From Mytilus trossulus (Eukaryota), in the NCBI RefSeq assembly GCF_036588685.1, contig NC_086382.1:44729552-44793551 (forward strand): DNA of 64,000 nucleotides. The letters run 5' to 3'. This document shows positions 37,257 through 48,045 of the stretch, piece by piece. A program made the position numbers and the translations under genes. Below the pieces are notes generated by a model. That model had not been told where the DNA came from. It did no database searches and saw nothing but the letters and a program-made list of their open reading frames with translations. The stretch's first letter is position 1, and each line of letters starts with the position of its first letter.

Positions 37257-40200
37257 TGAATATGCTGCAAACAAATAATATATATCGCTTCAAAAATGCA
37301 AGTTTAAAACTGCAAAACCTATCATGCAGTAGTCAAAACATTCTGTATAACTAGACAGATTTTTCTTTCTATACTGAAGACCTGTTGGTTGCCTAGAGCT
37401 TTATCTGCTTTTTGGTCAGGTTGTTGTCTCTAAGAAACTCTCCCTTTTGCCGTTTTCTATACTATTTAACATCTTTTTGTACATTACTGCAAAAAAAAAA
37501 TTAAGTTTGCCTTGGGTATCGCTATCCAATCATAAGGATTAGTATATTGGCTTTCTATGTGCATATTGCTTTTGGAACCTGACTCAACTATCAACTATCT
37601 ATTGTCTATTTTTTGGCCAATGGAAAATCTTTAGTCATACCTTCTTACATTTTAATGGTTTGTACTTTTAGGTTGCTTTATTTGTGTAATAACGTTGCTT
37701 GTAGGAAAAATCTTATTTCCAAGCCTTCAGATTGAAATCTAAGACTTAATATATGTCATCCACAAATAAAACTTTCAAGTGAATTAAGAACGAAGTTGGA
37801 AGCTGTTTGATGTCTAAATAAGGTTACAGAACTGATTAAACTAGCTAGTAGCTTTTTGATATCTAGATAAACACCAAAGTACTTACTACTAAGTGGTTTT
37901 TGAGGACTTCAATTTGTTCAAATTAAAAATTTAAATGAATATCGACCTTCCAGTTAATTGATTTGTATGTTGTTGGTTTTTTTTATTTGTTTATCATTAT
38001 AAGGATATTTTGTCAGATTTCAACCTTTGGATTTTTATAAAAAAAAAAAAAAAAATGGTTAATTGTCGATTGTTCCATCTATGAAAAGCTTTTACAGAAA
38101 TATTTAAATGGTTGCAGTTTACTTTCATACATTGGTAGTCACATCACTGAATAACTTTCGTAAAATAACTATATAAAAGAAGATGTGGTATGATTGCCAA
38201 TGAGACAACTAGCCACAAAAGACCAAAATGACACACATTAACAACTATAGGTAACCATATGGCTTTCAACAATGGGCAAAGCCCATACCCCATAGTCAGC
38301 TATAAAAGGCCTCGATCATAAACTGTATGCTTTAAAACTAGTTACTTACAAAGCTCAGGATATTTAACTTCAACTTATTATGTAAGAAAGTGTTTACTAG
38401 AGCAAGATGCATTACCTTGTGCTTTCATCAGTATAAGGTGAACTGAACTTTTTATACATTCGCATATTTTTTTTAATTTCATATAGCAAATGCAAATATT
38501 TATGCTGTAAGATAAGTCAGAGGTCACAAGCAATCACAGGAAACCTTATGCTTCCTTAAATTTTTGTAGTCTGTCTGTCTGAAACAAATGATTTCCATCA
38601 AGCAAATAGTTTGATAAATTGAATTTATTTAGGATTCGTAGGATTTGTCTGCAGGAAATGTTTCAAAAGAAATTAATTTTATGATATTAATTGAGTTATA
38701 GTTTGTCAAATATTTTACCTACATAAACACTTATCAGTATACCTTATTAAGTACCAGTAGTTACTGGTATTGATCAGTTCATGTAACTAGTCATATTAAC
38801 TTTATTTTTATCAAAGTAAATCAATATTTATAGAACTTACAAAACTTGTAGAACTATTATATACAAACACTGTGTTTATTCAGATTAAGGCATTAAAGAC
38901 TCTTTGACAAGTAATAGAAAATCATTGATACGAATGTGCGTCAGTCACAAATTAAACACTAGATGTCAGGACAGTTCAGAACATAGTCCATTCATTTATT
39001 TTAAGGGAAACCAATTTTTTTGTAATGAGGGAAAATTGGTATTTGAAGGGTAATTTGTTTTTTGGTTTTACTAAAGTCTACATGCTAACCTTTAGAAATT
39101 TATACTTAATTGAACATCTAAATTTGTGGTGTATGTATACATATGAAATCTATGAAAATTTATATGCCACAAAAAATCCCACAAATAATATGAATCTAGA
39201 GTAACAAAATGTATGAGCAGAGGAAAAATGCCAGAAATTGTCCCAATTAGTAGCAGATTGTCAAATCATTCAGATGGATCTTGAAGATCTGGGTTTCTGA
39301 CAGTTTCGTTTTTCATTAAGTTATTGATATGAAATTTTCAGTCAGACATTTTGACAGTTAACTTTTAAAACTGTTAAACACTTTCTCCTGACAACATATA
39401 TCTACATCATACTTTCTCATGTACTATTGAACAAAATGACTTCATGTTTAGTCAGCATCTTGGGGGTGACGAGTTGTTTACTTGTGAACCTTATAAGGAC
39501 AGGTCAGATACTTTCTATTAACCAAAAATTTGGTATACTTAACATGACAACTACCTCACTAATTGACCAAAATCACCAAAAACAGAAAACTTTTAATTAG
39601 GTCAATGAGACGTCAATTTGTATTTGTATTTATAATATGACAATATAATAATAGTTTTATAAGGATGTCTGCAACTCACATCTACTTCAGTTGTAAGTTA
39701 AGTCAGCTATTTTGAAATTCTACATACATCTCACTTCAGAAGAAAACGTTTAAGTTTAAATTGCATTATTATCTTAAAGTTGTCACATAACACATTTTTC
39801 ATGACACTTTTATTCATTTTTGTGACACCATTATTCAAGCAAACTTTTATGTACAATTAAGCATTAAGATCTTGCAACTTAATATGTTTATTTTCTTATT
39901 AAACATTGTTAAAAATGTAAAATTATGCAGTTTGATTAAAAAAACGTCTACCTATATTTGAATTTCTGCGCCTTGAAGAAACTAAGTAACATATTATTCA
40001 AGCAACATTATTGTAACCTGAAATTTTATCACTTAAAAAGTCATCAAAGGCTAGCTTGAATTGTTTGTATGTTAAAAGTGTACAGGTTGAGTTGGTATAA
40101 CCCTCAGGCAGTTCACATATTTTTTTTTATCTGATTTATAAAAAAATAGTGTCTTATATTGAAAAAGATTACTCATCCATAAAGCTGTATTTATTTATTT

Positions 40201-40448
40201 TCACAGGATGAATTATCTGTTTTAAATTAGGTCTCCTTCCTGGGGAGAGTGTCAAAGGTCCTTTGCCAAAAAAATTATAAACAAACATAAAAAAAAAATG
40301 GTGGTAGAAACATTTCTTTACTTTACATTGCATTTTCCTTATGAATTACATACAAATCAGAGCCTCCTAAAATCATTTGAAAATTATGCAAAAAAGCATT
40401 ACATTCATGAACGTGTCTAATTGTGGAAGCAACAGAGTAGATGAGGGG

Positions 40449-40503
40449 ATGTTGTGGGATGTAGATTTGGGAAAACTTATTGGACTGCCAATGGAAAATG
40501 AGG
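40449..40503 (+). CDS. Candidate exon 1 of the dystrophin-like gene, encoding MLWDVDLGKLIGLPMENE plus one extra nucleotide (phase-1 donor G|GTATAT).
   Basis: This ORF segment starts MLW, as vertebrate dystrophin Dp427m does (MLWWEEVEDCY). The only GT in this reading frame that gives the phase 1 required by exon 2 is at 40504. Joined to exon 2 it reads ...MENE-D-EREDVQKK. In-frame upstream ATGs at 40386 and 40407 (with a stop at 40368) leave the true start ambiguous. The donor is weak. Confidence 0.3.
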
Positions 40504-41706
40504 GTATATTGGATAAATAAAAATAATAAAATGCTGCAACAGTAAGAACATATTTTTGTATTAAATATTAAACAAACGGCTGCAGAATTTTATTTTATCT
40601 GTCTGCTTTTACTATCTTGCTGAGAATACAGCTCTTCAAGATGTGAAGACATGACATAAATTCAGGCTCAAAATGGATTCATTTAGTTTGACTCATGAAT
40701 CAACAATCATATTCGTCCATAGAATTAATTGTTACTGCTGAGTTAATTGATAACCAACAGAAGTTATAAGTATACCCATAAGAGAAAACTATTAAAAAAA
40801 ATAGCCTTGAACTGTTGGACAAGGGAATTGTAAATATATCATGAGAAAAACCATAAATACTTTTAAATTTTAATGTAGTTTTAAATCCTATAAATCATAC
40901 TTTTTAAGGAGGGTTTTTAAGTCATAATTTATGAAAGAATTAAAGCAATGAAAGTAACAATTCTTTAATTTGAAATGATTACTTTGCTTTTTGTTAGATA
41001 TGAATATTTTTAAATCATACTATAAGTAAAAGATATGGTACATTATCCTTATTAAAGAATCATGACTTTAATGGGAAAACTTGATTTTGGAAAACACTAA
41101 CAGAAAACAAGGACAAGTTTGTTTTTAGGATCTTGACTATCCATCAGAGTCTTGCACTGTCCGTATTTAAACAGGAAACAAGGAAAGACTGCAACAACCT
41201 TTACATAAAGATTTTTCTGAATGGTTCAATTTAAAACATGTTAAAATTCGATGTCTTTGATAATTACTTGAAAAATACACTTTCAAAGATACTTCTATTC
41301 CAGTTTACTAAATATTCTGACCTGAAACTCAATGGTAAAACAAGATCCTGAACTATCTCTTTTTTTCGGACAAGTGCATGTTAATATTGTAAAATACAAA
41401 AAAAATGAATGCAGAAATGATATTGATATTAATAATTTAACAGACAACAAATTATCTTAGTCATCTCAGAAAAACTTGCTGCCATCCTTGTCAAAAATTA
41501 TAGATGGGAGTTCAATAATGATAAATCTTGTAAAGTCCTACAGGGACAGTGGGGATATGTTTGCAGTGATGTGTTGCAGCGTGGAGTAAAAAACGTGGGA
41601 TTTCAGACATAATATTGGTCTCACTACTTCCCCAATCCATTTCCCTTATCTTATTATCACTTCCAAATCATCGTATAATTCATTTAGAATCTCTTGTGTG
41701 TTTCAG

Positions 41707-41768
41707 ATGAACGTGAAGATGTCCAAAAGAAGACATTTACCAAATGGATCAATTCACAGTTGTCAAAG
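41707..41768 (+). CDS. DMD-like: Dystrophin-like exon 2, the start of the CH1 domain: (D)EREDVQKKTFTKWINSQLSK.
   Basis: Acceptor tttcag at 41701-41706 and donor AAG|GTACAT. The peptide is near-identical to human dystrophin EREDVQKKTFTKWVNAQFSK. Confidence 0.85.
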
Positions 41769-42336
41769 GTACATTTAAGAATTATAAGTCATTCTTTGAA
41801 AAATTCGCTGTAAGTGGAAATTGGTGAAACATGACATATTACACAAGTACTAATGGGACAAGTCAAAATAATGATGTAATGTAACACATACTTTGTGTGG
41901 TCTAAAAGAGTCCAAATACAAAGACATTTATCATAAATGTTTTTTAACTATGAAAGAAAACAAGGTCATAACTAGGGGAAAACTAGTTTTTTTCATAATA
42001 GTTTTTGATAAATAATTTAGCCTAAAAATTGGTTGAATTATCAGATTTTTTTTTCTGAAGTTATTAATTGAATGGTATCATTATCAAAATCATCAAAATT
42101 CATTGCAATATCCAATGACAATAGTCCAAAGATTTACCTACTGTTGCCTGTAGGCCAAACACCAAACAAAAATGTTTGTCTTGGAAACAGCACATTTCAT
42201 CTATCTATACAATTCCAAATTCAAATGACCATATCATAGCTAATAGTATTTAAAAAAAAATGTATATTCATGTTATAAGAGTAAAAGAAATAAATGTAGC
42301 AGCAAGTAATAGGTTCATGCGTTTTACTTTTTGCAG

Positions 42337-42429
42337 GCCAGCAGACCAACCTTAAACAACTTGTTCACAGATCTCAAAGATGGCACCCACCTACTATCAT
42401 TGTTGGAGGTTCTCAGTGGATTGTCATTG
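42337..42429 (+). CDS. DMD-like: Dystrophin-like exon 3: ASRPTLNNLFTDLKDGTHLLSLLEVLSGLSL.
   Basis: Acceptor ttgcag, donor TTG|GTTAGT, phase 0/0, 93 nt. It aligns to dystrophin [31 protein letters not shown]. Confidence 0.85.
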
Positions 42430-42516
42430 GTTAGTTCATACATGTTTTCTGTTACAATATAAACAAGATGGCTAATTATGAAAAATACTCTGTTTAAAAT
42501 TTACCAGGGTTGAGTT

Positions 42517-42644
42517 CAATATCGTAGCAGCTACGTAGCGGCTACGTAGCTGCTATCAATATCTATGTAGCAGCTAGTCTGTAGCTACACTTTCAATAGC
42601 CAAAATCTACGTAGCACTACGTAGCAGCTACAATATTGAACGCA
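42517..42644. repeat. Palindromic element of about 128 bp built from self-complementary GCTACGTAGC cores, with the outer inverted ends gttcaatat...atattgaac.
   Basis: ttgagttcaatatcgtagcagctacgtagcggctacgtagctgct...ctacgtagcactacgtagcagctacaatattgaacgcag. It has strong hairpin or cruciform potential. It lies in the intron about 90 bp downstream of dystrophin-like exon 3. Confidence 0.7.
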
Positions 42645-43235
42645 GCCCAGTATATGATCTAGTTTGCTTGAATCAAATTACTACACACTTTTCAATTTTG
42701 TTTGGATTGGTAAATGCTCAATTGTATCATACCATTCAATGGAAAGTAGCATCAGTTTTGATGTCGAGTATTGAGTGTACTTAAGTTTTACATTTCCAAT
42801 CCAAAGTTCAAATCTCTGTACAGAGAATACCATATCCTTTCTTTCCTTTGATTATAATCTATGGAGGTGTGAAGTAGAAGATAAATGTGATTTATCATAT
42901 GCAAATTAATATTACAACATAAAATATAAAATTCAGACAATTTTTGTTTGTTTTGGGATATTTTATGTTTATCCCATACTTAAATAGAATTAACATTTGT
43001 GGATTTTTTAGCAAATTTATTTGAATCCAGGCATTCAAATTTCAACACTAAATATAAATTATGTACTTTGAAATCTAACATTTAAGCTCCTTCACATTAA
43101 GTGTGGGAGGTATGGAGGATTCACTTTGTTGGTCTGTCTCTCTGTCCATCTGTCTATCTTTTTCATTTTAATCTCACTGTATAAGATTATAGAGTATGCA
43201 GTCATTTCAATTGAAATTTTATAGTGCTTCTTTCA

Positions 43236-43385
43236 TTTTTGAGGCCCTTTATAGCTTGCTGTTTGGTGTAAGGCTCTGTGTTTCAGACCATACTTTGACC
43301 TATAATTGTTTACTTTTACAAATTGTGACTTAGATGGAGAGTTGTCTCATTTGCACTCATCCCACGTCTTCTTATATTTATATAT
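43236..43385. mobile_element. One copy of a dispersed SINE-like family of about 150 bp (...ggccctttatagcttgctgtt...ggagagttgtctcattggcactcat.ccaca.cttctt). Related copies lie at 23130-23265, 46125-46240 (partial, with an internal duplication), 52940-53085 and 62860-63010.
   Basis: The head motif (ctttatagcttgctgtt / ttttatagctgactatg) and tail motif (ggagagttgtctcattggca[ac]tc[ac]t.ccacatcttctt) are shared among five loci in the same orientation. Confidence 0.7.
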
Positions 43386-43822
43386 ACAATATTAAGAAGA
43401 TTTGCAGGCATTTTACAAGTAAAATTACAAAAATACCAAGCTTTCAGGAAAATTAAACATGGAAAGTCCCAGATCAAATGGGAAAATCAAAATCATGAGA
43501 TTTTGCCACACATCAAACAAATGGAAAACAACTGTAATATTCCTGACTAGGTATATAAGGATTGGCTTATGTAGGAGATGTTGGAAATACCTGGTTTTAA
43601 AGCTAGCTAAACCTCTCACTTGTGAATTGGATTATTATTGTTATTTTTAAGATTCATAATGTCAACTGACTTGAATTCACTCAATAATAACCAATGTTGA
43701 AAGAATTAAGTGAACTTTTTTTATCAAGTTCAATTTCTTTATTCTGTTTGTTGTTTTGGACTAAATTTTAGAAGTTATAAAAAAATTACCAATTCTAATG
43801 TCATATACAGTAAGAACATTTC

Positions 43823-44560
43823 ATGCATTGTTGTTTGAAATTCTTGGTTGGTTTTTGGAATAATCATATTTTATCAGGTATATTGTGGTGCATTGTTGTT
43901 TGAAATTCTTGATTTGTTTTTGGAATAATCATATTTCATTAGGTAAGTTGTGGTGCATTGCTGTTTGAAATTCTTAGTTGGTTTTTGAAATAATCATATT
44001 TCATCAGGTAAGTTGGTCCGAGACCACCATTGCCGTCCCTTGATTTTCATTGTTCACAAATATAGTCCCTAGTGTTGACAGTGGGTTACTTGCCATTAAT
44101 TTTTATACCCCTTCCAAATTTTTTTCTCCATGTTTAATTTCTCAAATTGCAAGTAGGGGGTGAAATTACACTGTAAAAAAAATTGGGTCCAGAATTTTAA
44201 AGGAAAGTAGTGATTTGGTCCAGCTGAAAAAGGTTTAAAATAGCACATCGGATGCTGTCAAAAGATTTAAAAGACGCCCTAAACATAAAATTGTCCATAT
44301 TTTGAGTTAGAGGCCATGAAGTTTTCTATAATTTTGATATAATTTGTCCCAAAAGTAGTACAACACACTAAATGTTTCGTTGAGAAAGGGCAGGTGGGAT
44401 TTTTTTAATTTTCATTTATGTTCTAAAAGAAATGCACTATGAAATAATTGTGGTCTCGGACCAGTTGTGGTGCATTGTTGTTTGAAATTCTTGGTTGATT
44501 TTTGAAATAATTATATATCATTAGGTATATTGTGGTGCATTGTTGTTTGGATATGTTGTT
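43823..44560. repeat. Minisatellite of about 64 bp (cattgttgtttgaaattcttggttggtttttggaataatcatatttcatcaggtaagttgtggtg). Three copies lie at 43823-44014, the array is interrupted by an insertion, and it resumes at 44463 with about 1.5 more copies.
   Basis: Direct reading of successive units. The array continues cleanly on the far side of the insertion, agttgtggtgcattgttgtttgaaattcttggttgatttttgaaataattatat... Confidence 0.85.
44015..44462. mobile_element. MITE of about 448 bp with perfect 13-bp TIRs (ggtccgagaccac / gtggtctcggacc), inserted into the 64-bp minisatellite with a putative 4-bp target-site duplication, AGTT.
   Basis: The left TIR at 44015-44027 and the right TIR at 44450-44462 are exact reverse complements. 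'agtt' sits immediately outside both ends (44011-44014 and 44463-44466). The uninterrupted repeat unit reads ...ggtaagttgtggtg..., so the insertion point lies between agtt and gtgg. The interior is non-coding. Confidence 0.75.
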
Positions 44561-45095
44561 GGTCTTTATAGTCATATTTACATTGAGGGATGGCAGTATT
44601 TGGCTTATAATAGATTAGATGGTTGCTTTCCAAAAGTTTTTTTCAGATCGTCCAAACTTAAAAATGAGAGTTAATGAAAATATGGAGCTGTGGTATGATT
44701 TCTGATGAGAAAGCTTTCAACAGAGTTTAACTGATGAAGATATAAGCAACTATATATAGGTTACAATACAGCCTTAAACAACTAGAAAAACCCTTTCAGT
44801 ATAACCAGCTATAAAAGGCCATGACATGAAAAATGTGAACTCAAAAGAGAAAACTGACAGCCTAATTTTTCACAACAATATTCTAAAAACAAAAATGACA
44901 GACATAAACCAACTGCAACCATTGAATTACTACAGGCTCCTGACTTTCTTACACTCCATTAAGCTTCAGGGCAGTCATATTGATTAGTTACTTGGTTGTT
45001 ACAGAAGAGACAACAACACAACGGATTTCCTCATTTAGTAATTATAGATGTATTCTAAAGAAATAAATAGTACTTTGAGGTCTTTTGTTTGTTTT

Positions 45096-45185
45096 GATAG
45101 TGGCCGAGTGGTCTGAGAAGTTAAACTACTGTAGCATAGCTTGTCAACACTGAGGTTTTGAGCATGAATCCTGCCTGTAGCAGGT
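45096..45185 (+). ncRNA. tRNA-like sequence, most likely the tRNA-derived head of a SINE or a tRNA pseudogene. It carries Pol III A-box-like (TGGCCGAGTGG) and B-box-like (GCATGAATCCTGCC) motifs.
   Basis: gatagtGGCCGAGTGGTCTGAGaag...gagCATGAATCCTGCCtgtagcagg. The D-loop-like GAGTGGTCT motif and T-loop-like GAATCC motif are about 60 nt apart. It does not fold into a canonical cloverleaf by eye, since the T-stem is not complementary, so a functional tRNA is unlikely. Confidence 0.3.
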
Positions 45186-45966
45186 GCACTCAATTCAAAT
45201 CTTAATTGACTTAGGATTGTCAGTTTTCCTACTGAAGGTCTATAGTTATCTCCAGGCACTTCCTCCACTGATTAAAACTGACTACCACTAAAAAGCATAA
45301 TAGTATTGAAAGTGGTGTTAAATACCAATAACCAAATCAAATCATAATGAGTAGATGATTGCTTTATAATTTTGCTAGATTTGCAGACCCTTACCTTTAA
45401 AAACCTGCAAAAGGGTTGTTTTTTCCAAGAAAATGTGGCCCCAAACTTGTAGTGATAGTTTTGATACATAGCTTTTACCATTTCAGTTTGAGTATTAAAT
45501 ACATAGTTCATTCCTTTCAATTTCATACTAATTCAGCCACAAATATGGTTCTTTCTTCTAATGGTTATCCTGTTGGTCACTGCATCGGGCAGGCTTCTGA
45601 TTGTGTTTTACTTGTACAACATATGGCCTAGATAAGCTAAGGATAGGTTTGTCTTCATGTAAACTGGTTTAGACCCATCACTTTTTGTGGCTGTACCAAC
45701 TCTGGTTACAAGTGCTGTTCCTTGTTCTTCGTTTGAATGAAATTGATAAGGGAGATAATAAAAAAAAATTACGCCTCCCAGTTTCTGGTGTTGATGGTTG
45801 ATTTAGTGTTTTATAACTTCCTATGTTTCTGGTCCTATATCCTGTATATGTGTTATCATCTTCACAATTATGAATATTATGGCATTATTATAGAATTGAA
45901 ATAAAATATAGAATTTCTTAGTTAATTATAGCAAGAAGAAAATTATTGCATTTTTTATATTTTCAG

Positions 45967-46047
45967 AAAAGAGAGAAGGGAAGATTAAGAGTTCATCATA
46001 TAAACAATGTAAACCAGTCTATTGCTGTCCTCAGTAACAATTATAAT
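45967..46047 (+). CDS. DMD-like: Dystrophin-like exon 4: KREKGRLRVHHINNVNQSIAVLSNNYN.
   Basis: Acceptor tttcag, donor AAT|GTAAGT, 81 nt. It aligns to dystrophin PKEKGSTRVHALNNVNKALRVLQNNN. Confidence 0.85.
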
Positions 46048-48022
46048 GTAAGTAGTAAATGTAGAAAGTTCATAACATAAATAAATATGTTTAAACTAAA
46101 TGTAGAAAGTTTTACAGGGACCTATAGCAGATAATTTCTGTGCCACTTGGTTTCTTCTGGAGAGCTGTTAATTTCTGTGTCACTTTGTTTCTTCTGGAGA
46201 GTTGTCTCATTGGCAATCCTACCACATCTTCTTTTGGGTACTTAAAGTCAAATTATAGAGCAATCCATTTAAAACACCTGAAATACAAAACATTTGACTG
46301 TTTAATAGTGAACCATTAGAATACCTATGGTTTATTGGTGGGATACTAATTTTTTATAGGACTTCTTACAGAGGTATAGAATGATCTCTGAATTAAGTAA
46401 TCATTTAAAAACTTATTATCAGTTTATTTGATAAAAGTAATGATTGAAAGTGTGGAGTAGGATAAGATATATAATAACAATTGTATTTTAAAGTGTATGA
46501 AAAATTTGTTCCAGAATTGATCTCTTGTGTTTTAGCTACTGTTGATTCATTTATTTTTAGAGGGTACCAACTTTTGTGGTTTCAGGAAAACTTGCTTATT
46601 CGTGGATACTTAGTTTTGTGGTTTTGGCAAAATCTGCATACATTCTTTAAGAAAATTTGTAATTCCTTGAATATCTAAAGATTTTTGATTCCCCTTTACC
46701 CAAATAATCCATGTAATATTAGTATCAAATGAGTATTGATGAATCCACATTTATGCCAATAAACAAAATGGTTGAATTGGAAACAGTTCTTCCAGATTTT
46801 GAAATTTAAAACTGCAAAGAAACCATATTTGAATGATATATTGCAATTTTAATTTTAAAAAAGTCAGTTAACACAAAGTAAATGAGGAAACAAATATATC
46901 AGGGAAAAACGTATTTGCCGAAACTCAATTTAGTAAGGAAAACCAGCTTCATTAGTAGCAAATAAGGTCATTCACAACACAGAACGACATCCTGTTGTTG
47001 TATCCGAGACAATTAAAGATGATTCACCAGGCTACAAAATTGTCTGAAATTGTGCATTTCCTTTCTATGGCATATTAAATAGGAGAAAAGAGTTGTAATT
47101 TATATCCAATTGTCATTGTAACATTATGTCAGTGGTTATAGAACTATTGTAATTGATCAATTATTTTTCAGCTGTAGTGATAAATTTTCGAATTAAAAGT
47201 AATCCTGATGATTTCGTTCTGGTTTTTATCCCAACAAATGACAGCTATATCAGAATTTATGGCAGCTGTTTTTTGTTGATTTTACTAGTAAATGATCATA
47301 CATGCATAATAAGTATAAATTTGATTTTTGTATGGCCATACATGCATATTATGAGTTAATCTAAAAAATGTTGAACTCCTTCTTTTATTTTCAATAATGT
47401 AAATCATAAATCTATGAGTATGTTGCTTAAAAAAAAATATTCCGCAATATGGAAGATCTCATTCTGCATTTGTCTCCATAAGATGGTGAAAGGCCTGTAA
47501 GTTGATCATTAAGACATTATGTATTAGATTCTAATTAGATACAAATCAGTGCTATACAAACATCTGAAGGACCTGGATATTTTATACAGATCTAGAATAA
47601 GATATAAGTACAGGATAATGAGAAATCAATCACCCAGGGAATTAATCACTAATTAAAAAGCTGCTATAACTAATGATAATTGATTGACTGGAATGCACCA
47701 GGCTTCTGCCAGGAGAGATTTGGTTAAGTATCCTCGTAATAGGTTAATTTATGGTTCTCAATGCTCTTCATCTTTGTACCTTATTTGGCCTGTTTCATTG
47801 TTTTTATTGATATTTTGCAGACAAAACCACCATCCGGCATACAACATTTTTAACATGGTTTCTATGATGATTTTATTGCCATTTATGTAACAATCCAGAA
47901 AATCTCTTTGGATGATAAATTTGTTTAGTGTTGTTTTAATTTTTGAACAGTGTACAGGATGTTATAAGCAGAAATATTTTGTAGAATTCCCTAAATTTGA
48001 TAATTTTCTGTTGATTTTAATT

Positions 48023-48045
48023 GGGGGGGGGGGGGGGGGGTATTT
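48023..48045. repeat. Poly-G homopolymer run of about 23 bp.
   Basis: aattgggggggggggggggggggggtattt, read directly. Confidence 0.95.

Noticed and set aside
45096-45185. A functional tRNA-Ser/Leu gene
   Set aside because: A-box and B-box-like motifs are present, but the acceptor and T stems are not complementary by inspection. I call it SINE-like or a pseudogene instead.
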